DNA from: Camelus dromedarius
Lineage: Eukaryota
DNA length: 64,000 nt
Direction of reading: 5' to 3'
Assembly (NCBI RefSeq): GCF_036321535.1
Contig: NC_087437.1
Span: 51,276,001-51,340,000 of the forward strand
The number at the start of each line of letters is the position of its first letter. The first letter of the stretch is position 1. The position numbers and the translations under genes were made by a program. Of this stretch, positions 40,135-53,043 are shown one piece after another. The notes under the pieces are model-generated. The model was given only the letters and a program-made list of their open reading frames with translations, had not been told where the DNA came from and ran no database searches.

Positions 40135-40304
40135 CATGGATGTGGATAAGACACCTACAGGTCTCATGGCTTATGTCAACAGTGATGGTCGCATCAAATA
40201 CAACAAGCCAATGCGGGTGGTCAGCATCTGCAACCTGGACATCTTCTACTTCCCCTTTGATGAACAGAACTGCACGTTCACCTTCAGCTCTTTCATCTAC
40301 ACAG
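40135..40304 (+). CDS. HTR3D: HTR3D-like exon 5 (Cys-loop)
   Basis: Encodes [56 protein letters not shown], with a C-x13-C loop. 170 nt. Confidence 0.92.
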
Positions 40305-40497
40305 GTGAGGGAAGCTCAAATATAGTGGCCTTTTGAGAGGTAGAGAAAGGGATTTGAGAGAAGAAGACATAAAGCTGGGAACAGAGAGGGAATCCCACTG
40401 AAAGGGCTGTGGAAGCTAAGTGGCAAGGACTCCAACAGGCTGGGCAAAGGGGTTGGGAGTATTGGGTGAAGCTGAGTCGTCTGGGTCTCCTTTGCAG

Positions 40498-40658
40498 TGG
40501 AGAATATGGTCCTGGGCATGGATAAGGATGTGCAGGAGATTTTGAAAACATCACAGAACATCATTTGGAGCAAGGGGGAGTGGGTACTTCAGGGTATCCA
40601 TCAAAGAATGAAGAAGACGGCTATGGGCACCAATGAGTATGACCAAATCATCTTCCAT
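40498..40658 (+). CDS. HTR3D: HTR3D-like exon 6
   Basis: Encodes VENMVLGMDKDVQEILKTSQNIIWSKGEWVLQGIHQRMKKTAMGTNEYDQIIFH, including the GEW motif. 161 nt. Confidence 0.9.
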
Positions 40659-41445
40659 GTGAGCTCAGGGGCCCTGGGTGGGATCTCCTCCTAAGACACC
40701 TAGCTATGTCCTCCACTAGAAAGTAAGGGCTCCCACTAGAAAGTAAGCCCTGCAGGGGTAGGGATTGTTTTCCCTTTTTTCACTGATAAACTCCAGCACC
40801 TAGAACAATACCTGGCACTCAGTAAATATTGATGAAATGAATCCTCCCTGAGGAAGAAACAAAGCTCCCATGGCAGTGATTTTTATGAGCACGAGCCTCC
40901 CACCACCCAGGGCTGCCAGAAATTTTTGGAGGGCAGCAAGTTTTATGTTTTTTTTTAAAGAAATGGTGGAAAAGTTATGAAGCATTGACTTAGAGATATT
41001 ATGATTCCAAATCCTGGTGACCCCAAAACATTTGCTCTATCTTGCTTTCCCTCCCGCTGGTATTAAATGTCCAACAACAAAGTCACTAGTGATTAGACCT
41101 TGATGAGGAAAGCAAGCAGAAATACAATGCACACGGTATCTAAGAATCTGGTCCCCCAGTCCTGCTAAGAGCACATTGGTAGGAATAAAAATTTCAGCAG
41201 AGAAAGTTGCCACTTTGGGCCAATTAAGAATGAGATACATTTCAGTGGTAAGCTGCATGGTGGACTCAAACCCTGGAAGGGCAGTGTGCTGATTAAGATG
41301 ACTTTGCTGGAGAAGCAGGACAGTGAACGGGACTTGAGGTAACATTTCCTGACTAGAAAGTTTGGTCTGGGACAGCTCTCAACTCTCGTTCTTAACTGGC
41401 TTGGCAGCCTCCCAGCCTACTCCTCACTTGTCCCCCCACCACCAG

Positions 41446-41650
41446 GTGGCCATCAGGCGCAGGCCCAGACTCTACGTCATCAACCTTCTGGTGCCCAGTA
41501 GTTTTCTGATGGCCATCGATGCCCTCAGCTTCTTCCTGCCGGCAGAAAGCGGGAACCGTGCCCCATTCAAGATGACCCTTCTGCTGGGCTACAACGTCTT
41601 CCTGCTCATGATGAATGACTTACTCCCGGCCAGTGGCACCCCACTCATCA
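41446..41650 (+). CDS. HTR3D: HTR3D-like exon 7 (TM1-TM2)
   Basis: Encodes [68 protein letters not shown]. 205 nt. Confidence 0.92.
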
Positions 41651-41813
41651 GTATGTCACCTCCCTCCATCAGGAAAATAAAAGCAAGGTGGGGGTGTGAT
41701 GGGGGAGGGACAAGTGAAACCAGGTCAAAGTGAAAAGGGCCCTCTGGGGAAAGAGGAAACAAAAAGTCTTGGGAGGTGTCTCTGGCCCTCATACAGGCCT
41801 GCCTTCCCTCCAG

Positions 41814-42029
41814 GTGTCTACTTTGCCCTGTGTCTGTCGCTAATGGTGGTCAGCCTGCTGGAGACCATCTTCATCACCTACCTGCTGCACCTGGCCACCA
41901 CCCAGCCCCCACCCATGCCTCACTGGCTCCATTCCCTGCTTCTGCGCTGCACCAGCCCAAGGAAGTGCTGCCCTGCTGGGCCCCAGAAGGGAAACACCGG
42001 CCTGGGCCTCAGCCCCGCCCACCTGCCTG
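41814..42029 (+). CDS. HTR3D: HTR3D-like exon 8 (TM3 and intracellular loop)
   Basis: Encodes [43 protein letters not shown]...AHLP. 216 nt. Confidence 0.92.
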
Positions 42030-42161
42030 GTGAGGGGACTCAGCATTGCCCATGCCTCCTCTTCCAGCATCTCCACTTCCCTGCTCCGGCCTCCTGTCCT
42101 GGCCCCCACAACTTCCCAGCTGACCTTGACAGCCTACAGTCAAGTCTCTGTCTCTCTGCAG

Positions 42162-42391
42162 GTGTGAAGGAGCCCGTGGAGTTGGTGGGGAAGGTGCCAG
42201 GTCCAAAAGAGGCAGAGTTAAATAGGTGCCCTGAGTCAACGAGGGCCCAGCAGGAAGACGAGGCTCAGAAGCAGCACTTGGTCAGCCTGTGGGTACAATT
42301 CAGCCGCGTGATGGACACCCTGCTCTTCCGCCTCTACCTGCTCTTCATGGCCACCTCCATCATCACTGTCATCGTCCTCTGGAACACCTAG
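42162..42391 (+). CDS. HTR3D: HTR3D-like exon 9 (MA helix, TM4, stop)
   Basis: Encodes [10 protein letters not shown]...[34 protein letters not shown]. Spliced CDS totals 1371 nt (456 aa). Confidence 0.92.
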
Positions 42392-42684
42392 GCAGATGTC
42401 CATTTGTGAGATCCAGGCAAGAGCTCCTCTTGCCTCCACAAACCTCCAGAGAGCCAGGCTCTCATGCCTCTCCAAATCCCACCTTACAACCTTAGCAATC
42501 ACCTTGTTTTCAATCCAGTCCTTTTGTGCAGTTTCAAACCAAATCTGGATGGTTTCCTATGCCCGCCTGAATCAGATCCTTGAGCCTGCATGCCATCAGC
42601 TCCCCTCAGCCCTCCTGTGAGTCCTGCCTGCCTGGCTCCTCAGGATTCAGGTTCCTGGAATGCTTCCTTGATTGAATCTCCTCC

Positions 42685-42690
42685 AATAAA
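42685..42690 (+). terminator. Poly(A) signal of the HTR3D-like gene
   Basis: AATAAA ~290 nt after the stop codon. Confidence 0.6.
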
Positions 42691-45321
42691 CCCCTTTGCA
42701 AAAAGCACTCACTCCTCCCTGCATTATATGATAGTACTAAAAATCTTGGGGTTGAGAGTCTTCTTGCAGAAACTTCTCATTATCAAAGTAAGAAGGATTT
42801 TCTTGTTTTTTAAAAGTCTATCAGACAACATGTGAAAGTGCAAAGAGAAGAGAGATGGGGCCAAAATCTATTACCAGGAATTAAAATAGGGATTAACCTC
42901 CTAAATCCAGTTATCCTGGATTTAAGCTTCAGAAATTAATAATGTGCCAGAACCAGGCATCTCTTGTTTAAGAGTGAAGCCTTCTTGTCACAGCCTGACA
43001 TATGACTCACTCATGATTAAGCACTTAGAGTGTTAACATAATCCCAAATTACTGCTAGCTGTCTGTGTTGCAGTTAGAGTTGATCTGCCCTTAATCATGC
43101 AAAGAATAGAACATCAGGCCAAGGGAAGCACATTTGAAAATTGCATCTGCTTTACTTGGGACTGACACAAATGCCCCCATATAAACTGGAAAATCCCCCT
43201 TCCTTGCACTTGCCTTATCATTTTGAAAGTCTTTGTCTCTTGGCCCATTATTCCCATTAGCTATTTGGGGGAAGTGGAGGTCCCACTTCCACAAGAGCTG
43301 TGGCATGATTTGTTGGACACCCCAGGTTCAGAAAACCATAGATTTGAGAGCAACTTAATCACAAATTGAACACAATCCTTTATTTTTAGCAACCATTTCT
43401 TTTCCTTTCTTCAGTGTATTCTACTACTTTCTATCTGAAGCCTAAATTTCCCAGGTCGTAACAGGCTAGGAATAAAAAGAGAGTCACAATATTGTTTACT
43501 AAACTATATTTCCCTGGTTCCTTCCCTCTGCTGCTCTTCCTCAAATTCCTTTGACTTCCTCTTGTCATTGTAGACACCCAAAGGGTGGCAAGGCTGCCAA
43601 TGTCCACTAGAAGGGCTGTGGCTGGTGGTGGGGGCCTGAAGTCCTACCTGGCTATTTGCTGCAGGAGCTTCTGTGTCCTCAGAGCCCAGGCCACTGCATC
43701 TGTATCCTGCAGCACAGATGTTCTCAGCTGTATGCTGAGTCACCAGGCCCAGCTGTTACTTGCTCTTTCCTTGCAGTCTCCTTCAGCTGGACTTGGGCAG
43801 GAGTGCACGGGAATCTGGGAGTATTGAGGCGGAAATACCCTGCTAACTCTGCACTACTCCTTTCACCCAGGCTCCTGGTCCTCCAGCTAAACTTGTGTCC
43901 CTTAATTCTCCTTTTTTCCCCCTCTGCTTCCCTCCCCCCAGGAAAGTCTTTGGCTCTTCAGTTTCTAAACTCTTGTCAAGCACTCCCCTCACCATCACCA
44001 GTCCTCCAGACATGTCTGAGGTCTAGCATCTACACAGTCTAGGCTTAAATCAGGAGCCATGACCTTCAGCTAAGTAAATTAGCCTATCTATTATATTATT
44101 ATTTTGGACATATGTTATTGTTTTGGCAGTTCCTCAACTCACAGCTCTCTACAAAGTGGGCTTTGAGAAAGGACACAGTATAGTAGTAATGAAAGTAACC
44201 AAACATTTATTAAGTTATTAATGCGTGTCAGGCACTCCTCTAAGCGCTTTATATGAATAAGCATATTCAACCCTTACAGTAACCCTATGAAGTAAGAACT
44301 ACAGATCCACAAATCCTTGGAGCCAAATGTGTTTGGGAATTTGGAATTTTTCCAATTTTAAAAAGGTAACAATCATACATGTACTGTATATGACTATCAC
44401 CCCAAGTAGGGTACACAGTAGCACCCTCTAACACAATACACACGTCTGCAGTGGAATCTGTGAATATTCACACTCGGCAGCAAAAACGAAATTATGAGTA
44501 GTCTCGCATCCGTTCAGGTCAGGTTGTGCCACCAAATAATTTGTGAAAAATCATTTGGCTTTCAAAGCTCTTTAGGTTTTAGAACTGTGGTTTTGTATTA
44601 CTTTCCACATTTATATATTCAAATAAATGAGATGAAATAAATTAAGCACAGAGAGGTGCAGTGACAGCCACTGAGCTGTTTCCCAAGTTTCCAGAGCTAG
44701 TCAGCTGACTAAGCTGCAGTTTGAACCAAGGCAGCTGGCTCTGGACATGGGACTCAGCCTCTGCTGCACGGCCCTCCGGACTGAGGAGGAGAACCAGACA
44801 AGTTCTCCAAGAGTGCCATGTAGAAACACCAATTCCAGTTCAAGTCTTCATCCACTAACATTGTAGGAATTACAACAGGAAGAACAAGTCCCTGACCAGG
44901 GTCCCTAAGACAAACTTTCTTTTCCATTTTCCTTTACTGCCTCCCTCAGTCTTTTCTATTCCTCACCCCTTCCCTCCCACCTTCATCATATCATAACACC
45001 CAAGTTCACCCGCTGCACTTCCTCCACTGCTTTCTGGGGTATGTACTTCCCCAAATCTGATCTGGGCAATCACTCTTTCCTCTGTATTCTCTGTGGATTT
45101 AGCTTTTTTGCTGCTGATATCTGTTGCCAGATACTTTGGATGTTCTTCTCCTGTGCCCTATCCTGAAGAAGTCACCTCACCTGGAATCTCACCCTTGACT
45201 TTGCAGAGTAGCTCATTTACCCAGATTTTGATAAGTTCCAAAATTGTATAAGATCCGTTTGCATCATTTTGTTGCTTCTGCCCATCTTCATGGTACATAT
45301 TTCTCATTTATTTTCTTCACA

Positions 45322-45406
45322 TTTTTTCAATAGAGGTACCAGGGATTGAACCCAGGATCTCGTGCATGCTAAGCATGCGCTCTACCACTGAGCTAAATCT
45401 GCCCCC
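45322..45406 (-). mobile_element. tRNA-Ala-derived SINE
   Basis: Reverse-complement core GCTCAGTGGTAGAGCGCATGCTTAGCATGCACGAG. Confidence 0.82.
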
Positions 45407-47639
45407 TCAAATTTTTTTCATTACATAGTTTTATGTTTTATTTGAATAGAATACATGCACTTTATCTTTTTTGACCTATGGATTAAGATGCTCTATCTCC
45501 TTTTAGTAAGAGAAGGCATGATATAATTATGGTGATTTTATTTTTTCCAAAAGCAAAATCTGAACCCGTGATCTTAACACACAATAGAGAATCATAGAGA
45601 ACCTCTGAAATCAGAGAGCTCCCAGAAAATTAACAAATGTGATTGTTGTCTTTCTGTTCCATCTATAACAGAATCATATGACAAGCACACTTTGTGCTAA
45701 TGACTTTCCCCTTGTTACGTGGCAAACCCCTGAAAGGCTTTGGCTTTGCAAGGTAATTTATGACCTCGTTAGGAAAATCTGCTGACAGGCAACTGGTCCT
45801 GCCTGGGCCATCTTGCATTTGATGGTCTGTTTCTGCCAACAGCTCCTCACTTTGTCCATTCATCTGCAGTGCTACCCTGTGGTTCTTGCACACATTTTTG
45901 TTCACTTTCTTTTTCTCTAAACCATTATAAGCAGCATTTCTCCATGTTTTCTACATGATTTTGGGGGGGGGTCCATATTAACCCAACATTAAAATGTATT
46001 ATCTCATTACCATCCGTGCCTCTCTCTCCTCTTCCTGCAGACCCATACTAGGATGTGAAGCCACAGACTTCATTTCAAGCCTATCATTTTCCTCCTCTAC
46101 AATTTATGATTCTCCCTTCAATAAACTGTATTTGGTCATTCACCAGCACTGGTTCTTCTATATAGCAGGGAAAAAATAGTATAATATAGAGACTTTGGGA
46201 TCTGACAGCAGTGGGTTCTAATTTGACTCCATTACTTGCTAGCTGGGCAAACTTGTACAAGTGGCTTAACCTTACAAGTTTACATTTCTTCATTTGTGAA
46301 ATGGAGCCAATAACACAGATTAAATACTTTTTAATATGCATTAAAAAACATTTATAGGTTTACAGAAACTAGAAAGTCCAATGTGACACACTAGACAGCA
46401 TCTTTTTGTCATGCAGACTGACCCCCAGAGTGCAAAATCGACTTCTAGTGGGGAGGCACTAGACATGAAGAATTATAGACTTTCTAGCACAACCTCCATT
46501 TTTCAGATGAGAAAAATGAAGTGGAGAAAAGTGAAGTGGTAAGTATGGTGTCACACTTCCAGAGAGTCCAGGCCTGTGAAAGCGGCAGCCAGAGGTGAGT
46601 GGTTGTCCTAGGCTCTTTTCCCAGGTACCTCTGGGGAGTCCCAGGACCCTCCCTCTCTTCTGCTCCAGGCACCCTAGCCAGTGACCCACCCTGCAGTCTG
46701 GACGTTTTGGCTGCCTCCAGGCTCCTAGATTCTTAGCTCTGGCCAGTAGCCTCTGTATGTGATTGCCAATCATCAGGGCTGCAAAACAATGGCCCTCACT
46801 TACCCTCCCTCTTCCACCAGCTAATTCTGCCCTTGCCAGATTATAGCTATATTCCCAAATCTGATCCCTCAGGGTCCCAGATGAATGGGGCCACCAGAGG
46901 GCCATGCAGTGAGATCCCCCTTGGAATAAGCAACGGTGAAAAGTGTTGGCATCTGACTTGCAAAACTACAGCTCCTATTCCCCTGTTTGCCTTCAGATCC
47001 AAACATGGTCTAGGTCCAAGGGTTTCACTTGTGGAAACCTAGGAGCCTAATGATCTAGTTCACAAGACTTCCCAGCTATGGAGTAATGAAAAGAGCAAGA
47101 AAGAACAATGGAACCAGACTGGCCTGGGTTTGAATCTGGATTCTACAAATTTCCACCTGGGTGGACACTGACCAAGATTTTTTTACCTCTCTGCATCTCA
47201 GTTTTCTAATCTGTAAAATGGGAGTAATAGTGCTGCCCTTTCAAAGCAGTTGTAAGGATATGAATACTGTAAGTAAAGTGCATAACAGAGCATAGAGCAT
47301 GCGGCACGAACTTCATAAATGGTAGCTCTGGTTAGGCCATTCTAAGCCTAGCCTTCTTGCAAACTTAGAGGCAGCAATCAGAAATAAAAGGCTGGGCCCT
47401 GGCTCCAGCCCTCTGGATTCCACCTGCTGCAGACTGTTTTGTTTCTGCCAACCCCCAGCTCTACCAAACTGTACCCAAGGTGGAGGCCCACACCTCAGCA
47501 ACACCAGGGGAACAACAGGTAACTTCTCTGATCTGGCCTCAGGACTCCCATGAGGATCTCAGTCACCTTTCTTACCTCTGCCAAAGGTGCCTGCGTCTCT
47601 CACCCCATCATAATGAACTGACAGGCCAGGTATTTCATT

Positions 47640-48668
47640 AACATTTTCTGAGCATCTTTTCATGCCTATTGGCCATCTGTATATCTTCTTTGGAAAAATG
47701 TCTATTTAGGATTTCTGCTCATTTTTAATCAGGTTGTTTGGTTTTTTTGATATTGAGTTGTATGAGCTGTTTATATATTTTGCACATTAAACTCTTATTG
47801 CTGATCATCAGAGAAATGCAAATCAAAACCACTATGAAACATCACCTTACACTTGTCTGAATGGCTGTCATCAAAAAGTCTACAAATAACAAGTATTGGT
47901 GAGGATGTGGAAAAAAGGGAACCCTAGTACACCGTTGGTAAGAATGTAAATTGGTGCAGCCACTATGGAAGACAGTATGGAGATTTCTCAAAATATTAAG
48001 AATAGAACTACAATATGATCCAGCAATTCAACGCAAGAGTATATATCTGAAGAAAATGAAAACACAAATTTGAAATGATATATGCACCCCAATGTTCATA
48101 GCAGCATTATTTACAATAACCAAGATATGAAAAGCAACCTAAGTGTCCATCAACAAATGAATAAAGATGTGAGATATATCTATGTATGTATAGGAATACT
48201 ATTATAATACTATATATAATATATATAGTGGAATAATATTCAGACACAAAAAAGAATGAAATTCTGCCATTTGCAACAACATGGATAGACCTAGAGGGTA
48301 TGATATTTAGTGAAATAAGTCAGACAGAGAAAGACAAATACTGTATGTTATCATTTACATGTGGAATCTAGAAAATAAAACAAATGAATGAATATAACAA
48401 AACAGAAACAGACTCACAGATACAGAGAACAAACTAATGGTTACCAGTGGGTACAGGGAAGGAGGGAGGGGCAACACAAGGATAGGGGATTAAGAGGTAC
48501 AAACTACTATGTGTAAAATAAATAAGCTATGAGGACATATATTATACAGCACAGGGAATACAGCCAATATTTTATATTTTAAATGGAGTATAATCTATCG
48601 AAACACTGAATTACTATGTTGTATACCTGAAGCTAATACTGTAAATCAACTACCTTTCAATTTTAAAA
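47640..48668 (+). mobile_element. L1 with 5' inversion
   Basis: ~47645-47798 is antisense L1; ~47798-48668 is the sense L1 3' end. Confidence 0.85.
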
Positions 48669-51600
48669 GCATTTATTGACTACTTATTCCTATATGCCAC
48701 ACACTGGAGAGGGCCAAAAAAAAAAAAAAAGATATGCTTCCTGCTCTCCATGAAGTTACAGAGCAGGAGGGGAGATACACATGTAAAGAGATGTTTCCAG
48801 TTTAAGGGTCACAACAGTATTCAGGCGTATGTGTGTGTGCGTGAGAGAGAGAGGAGAGAGAGAGATTGAGGAGGAAGGCTTCACTGAATGCTTAAGTTGC
48901 ACTGAGTCCTTAAGAATTTATTAGTGGGACAAGAGAACAATAGCAGAAGGAAGGTGTATTTTAGGTCACAAGAATGTGGAGGCGTAAAATCACACATTGA
49001 GTGGGTGCTATTTAATAGGCAGTGTTTCTGTGTAGCCCAAGATCCACCTGCATGAGAATCAGCTGTGGATCCAGTTTAAAACATAAATTCCTGAGTACTA
49101 TGCCTGCAATTCTGATCTGGGGTTGAGATTCTGATTTAGGGCCACAGTGGTGAGAGTAAGGCAATTAGGTAATTCTGATACATATTAAAGATAAGAACAA
49201 CTCTTTTATAACATAAAATCCAAGACAAAAATGATGGAGAGCTAGATGGCCCTTCAGCCAGGGAGTCCTTTACATCATGCTAAGGAGAGAGATTTCATCC
49301 TACAGGCCAGTAGTTCTCTCAGTGTGATCCCAGGATGAGTAGCTAAAGCAGCACCTGAGAAACTTGTTGGAAATTCTGTCTCAGCAACCTTAACAAAGCT
49401 GCTATAGACAATAGGAGTGATTGAAATATTTTATATATAAGAAGGATATGGTCAGATCTGCATTTCAAATTACACCGGCTGCACAGTGGAGGATGATTTA
49501 GAAACGCAGACTAGGAGTGAGACCACTAAAGAGGTGACCAGGTGTGAAGCCTGAGGGCTTTGATGGTACCGCAGTTTCCAGAGATTCTTCACCTCGGCTC
49601 TCTACCCTCCCAGGAAGGCTTGCTCATGGTGCACGGGGCCATCCTCCAAAACAAGAGGCAGCTAGAGGATGATGAAAATGCTTTTCCAGGTTAGGATGCC
49701 CATGGCTTCACTGCAACTAACATTTAGGAAACCCCAGGGGAATGCAAAGGTGTCTAGAAACGCCCACACCCAAGCTGTGGTATCCTCCAATAGATCCAAG
49801 ACTGCCCCCCAAACATGAAGGGCTCGGAAACCCAGCCGTGTCCTCAGCACTATCACCTCTGTCTCCTGGCAGCTAAATGTACTGCTGAGTCCAATCAGGA
49901 CTTAGGTCCCATTTTTCAGCCAACTTTGATAAAAACAAGATATACATCAACCACTTTCAGCAGGGCTTAAAGTTAACTCTCCTTTCCTCAATCTAAGGCC
50001 TGGGAGCCTGGTCTACCACTGGAACTCAAGCATCCCTTGAAAGTCCTTCACTCTTAGCCAGTCCAGGAGTCCAGTGCCCCGTGGGTGTGTCCATGTGGAG
50101 ACAGACACAGCAGTACTTTGGCCCTACATGACATGATGGCCCAATCCTTTGGCCAAGTTTCCAAAGAAGAGAACTGACTTACAGAGCTGGTGAGGCTGAA
50201 GGACTGCAGATATTTCAAACTTCAGACAGATGATATTGCAACCCTCTGTCCTGGAATTTCCCTCTCTGCGCCCCTAAGTCATCCCTGCCTTACCTAGCAG
50301 TTTCTACTTTGGGCTGTCACGATCTTCCATCCTGAACAAAGTTTCTTTTGTATTCTAGGTCTGACTCTTCACCCTTTATGCAAGAAAAAAAAATTCCAAG
50401 TCTTTCTGGAAATGTAACTAAGATACTTAATATAACAATGCTCCAATTCATTCATTTGGTCCAATTGTGTTTTTTATAGAGATGTGACATAAGACATAAT
50501 ATTGACTCAGGCTACTAATACTGATGTTAGCTGAGATTTCTAGTTTGTGATAATGTATGACACTATTGACCACACAAAGGTTTTAAAAACAGATCTGCTA
50601 TATTAATTTAATGGCTTCTATTATCATGTAATCAATGCATAGAGTAAAAAAATGTATGGAGAACATTAGTTTGGGGAAGAATGAATCAGGGAGGCAGAAA
50701 GATTGGACAGAGGAAATCCAGCTAGGGGCTACTGGAAAAAATATAAACAATAGATGATGAAGCTATGAATCAAGATTTATAATTTGATATTTGCAATTTG
50801 TACATAACCAAATCACTAAATATTGTCACTTTTCCAAATTTGCAGATTCCCTGGCCTTAGAGAAATAATAATTCTTATTTCCCCAGCCCACATGCTCTCA
50901 TTAAGGCAAGTTATTTTGTTAGTGATCTAAGCACAGAGCTGCCCAACAGGATGCTTCTCCCTTAGTCTTGGCCTGACTTCCTCCCCTCCTGGAGCCCAGA
51001 AAGCACACCTGGACAGGGTCAGAGCAGGACACTACTGTGATCTCTCTGGCCACAGCCTCTCACCAGAGTGTGTTCACCTGTCATGAGCAGTATTCAAAAC
51101 CAGGAACCAAGGTGTGGTCTGAGCTCCTTTAAGCTCCAGGATTTGGGGGTGAGTTGCAAGAGGAGTCCAGAAGAAGAGGATGGAAGGGGGGTGGCCCTCT
51201 GGGGGGGATTTCTCCTCTGCCTCACTGTCAGCCTTCTGCTTCAAGGTAAGATGGGGAGAGAACGGGGAAGACCAGAGTGTGGTTCTGAAGGATGTCTAGG
51301 AACTTCCTTCTAGCACTTGAAGGACATTCAGAATTAACATGTTAAAGATTTCCTTCATAATGTCAGCGGCTTGGTTTCCTTCTGGTGACAGGTAGAAAGA
51401 CATTACACTGCTCAGGACACACAGCGCTCCTCCATCCCAGCCTGCATATGGATCTACCAAGCTGTCCCATTTTACTGCCTAATTCTACCTTTTACTGACC
51501 TCCAATGCCCTTCTCACCATACCCTCATCCCACCCTCCCAGTCTCTTTTTCCTTTGATATGGTGTTATGAAAAGAGTAGCCACTCATCTTCTGATTAGAT

Positions 51601-53043
51601 ACATGACTTGAAATACACCCTGAAGGAAGAAGTAAAATATTAAGGAAGGTGGGAATCAATCTGAGGTAGGAGAGAGTGGATACTTTGCCTCCCTGAGGGA
51701 ATATTTGTCCCCAGTCTGGGTACATACCTTAAACATTAAGAGAAGACATGGAGACACAGAGGAATAGGCAGAGGAAAAGATAACACAAAAATGGAAACAG
51801 GGCAAAGATTCCGCCCACATACTACCCAGATGGCTCCCTCACCGTGGCCGGGAAAAACAGCCACACAGGGCTTACTGTGTGATTGGCATATGGTACATGC
51901 TCAGTGATAGCGCCTAATGATCCCAGTGCTGAAATAAACCCTGAGATACCTGAGGTCACTACATCTGTGAAGGGCAAAATAAACACATAGCATCCATTGA
52001 GAATAGCTACTACGTTTCCTATGTTTACCTAGTAAGTGCAGTTGCAGTATCTCTATCTTCTTGATAAATCAGCTCTCGCCTTCGATAAACAGAAGTCCCA
52101 GAAAATGAGGAGGAGAAATCATTAAAGCAGATTTCTCAGTGACCTTGATCACAAGTTCCAGGGCAGTGCTAAGCAGTGCTACTAGGTGGGTGGACCCAAG
52201 AAACTTTGATGGGTACACCATAGGCCTCTTTGAAGGGGCTGGCACTGCACCAAGGACAAGTTTGCATACAGATTTCAGCAGGTTTTGCATGAGGATGAAC
52301 AATGTGAATGAGAATAGGGTACTGACTCAGCTCACCACATCAGCTTCCACCATTTGCCTCCCAGACCAGCCCATCCTCTCTGGCCCTGGCAGGAAGGGCT
52401 TTGGCCTTGGGGTGTCTTGGCCCAGGAAGGAGGGCTCACCTACCCTCACCCAGTGTGTCCTCTGTTTTTTCTCTCTGCAGAGAGGCTCCAGCCCTGGCAA
52501 TAGGCCCTCTCTTATGAGGTCTCTGCTCTCTACAGGAACAGGAGACACTTTCACCATCAACTGCTCAGGCTTTGACCAGCATGGGGTGGATCCTGCCACC
52601 TTCCAAGCAGTGTTTGACAGAAAGGCTTTCCGTCCAGTCACCAACCTCAGCCTCCCGACTCAAGTCAACATCTCCTTCACCCTGTCTGCCATCCTGGAAG
52701 TGGTGAGACCTGGTTCCCACTTTCTATCCCTTCTAAAGGGGAATAAAGATCCTCTGCCCTGTTGACCCAACATTGTGCTGGTCCAGTGGTGAACAATAGG
52801 TATTCTGAATAGCGTTTGTATCAATTAGAGGGTTTTCTTATGGGATGAGGAGACAGAAGAATGCTGCAGTGACATTTTTTAGGAAGGATTTATCCTTGAG
52901 TCCTGACCTTTCTGGAATGCTCCAGAAAGAAGTGGTCTATATGTCAATTAAAACCTGAATTGTCCCTAGATACAAGAGGAGACAAGGAAAGAAAAGACAG
53001 TCCAGCATCTAGAACTATGCATGGTTCAATAATAATAATATGT

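Noticed and set aside
42902..42924. 9-bp inverted repeat taaatccag/ctggattta
   Set aside because: Short enough to occur by chance in 64 kb, with no supporting context.
45322..45406. tRNA-Ala(AGC)-like sequences (this and seven other copies) as functional tRNA genes
   Set aside because: They have altered 5' ends or acceptor stems, A tails, and TSDs on most copies, so they are SINE retrocopies.
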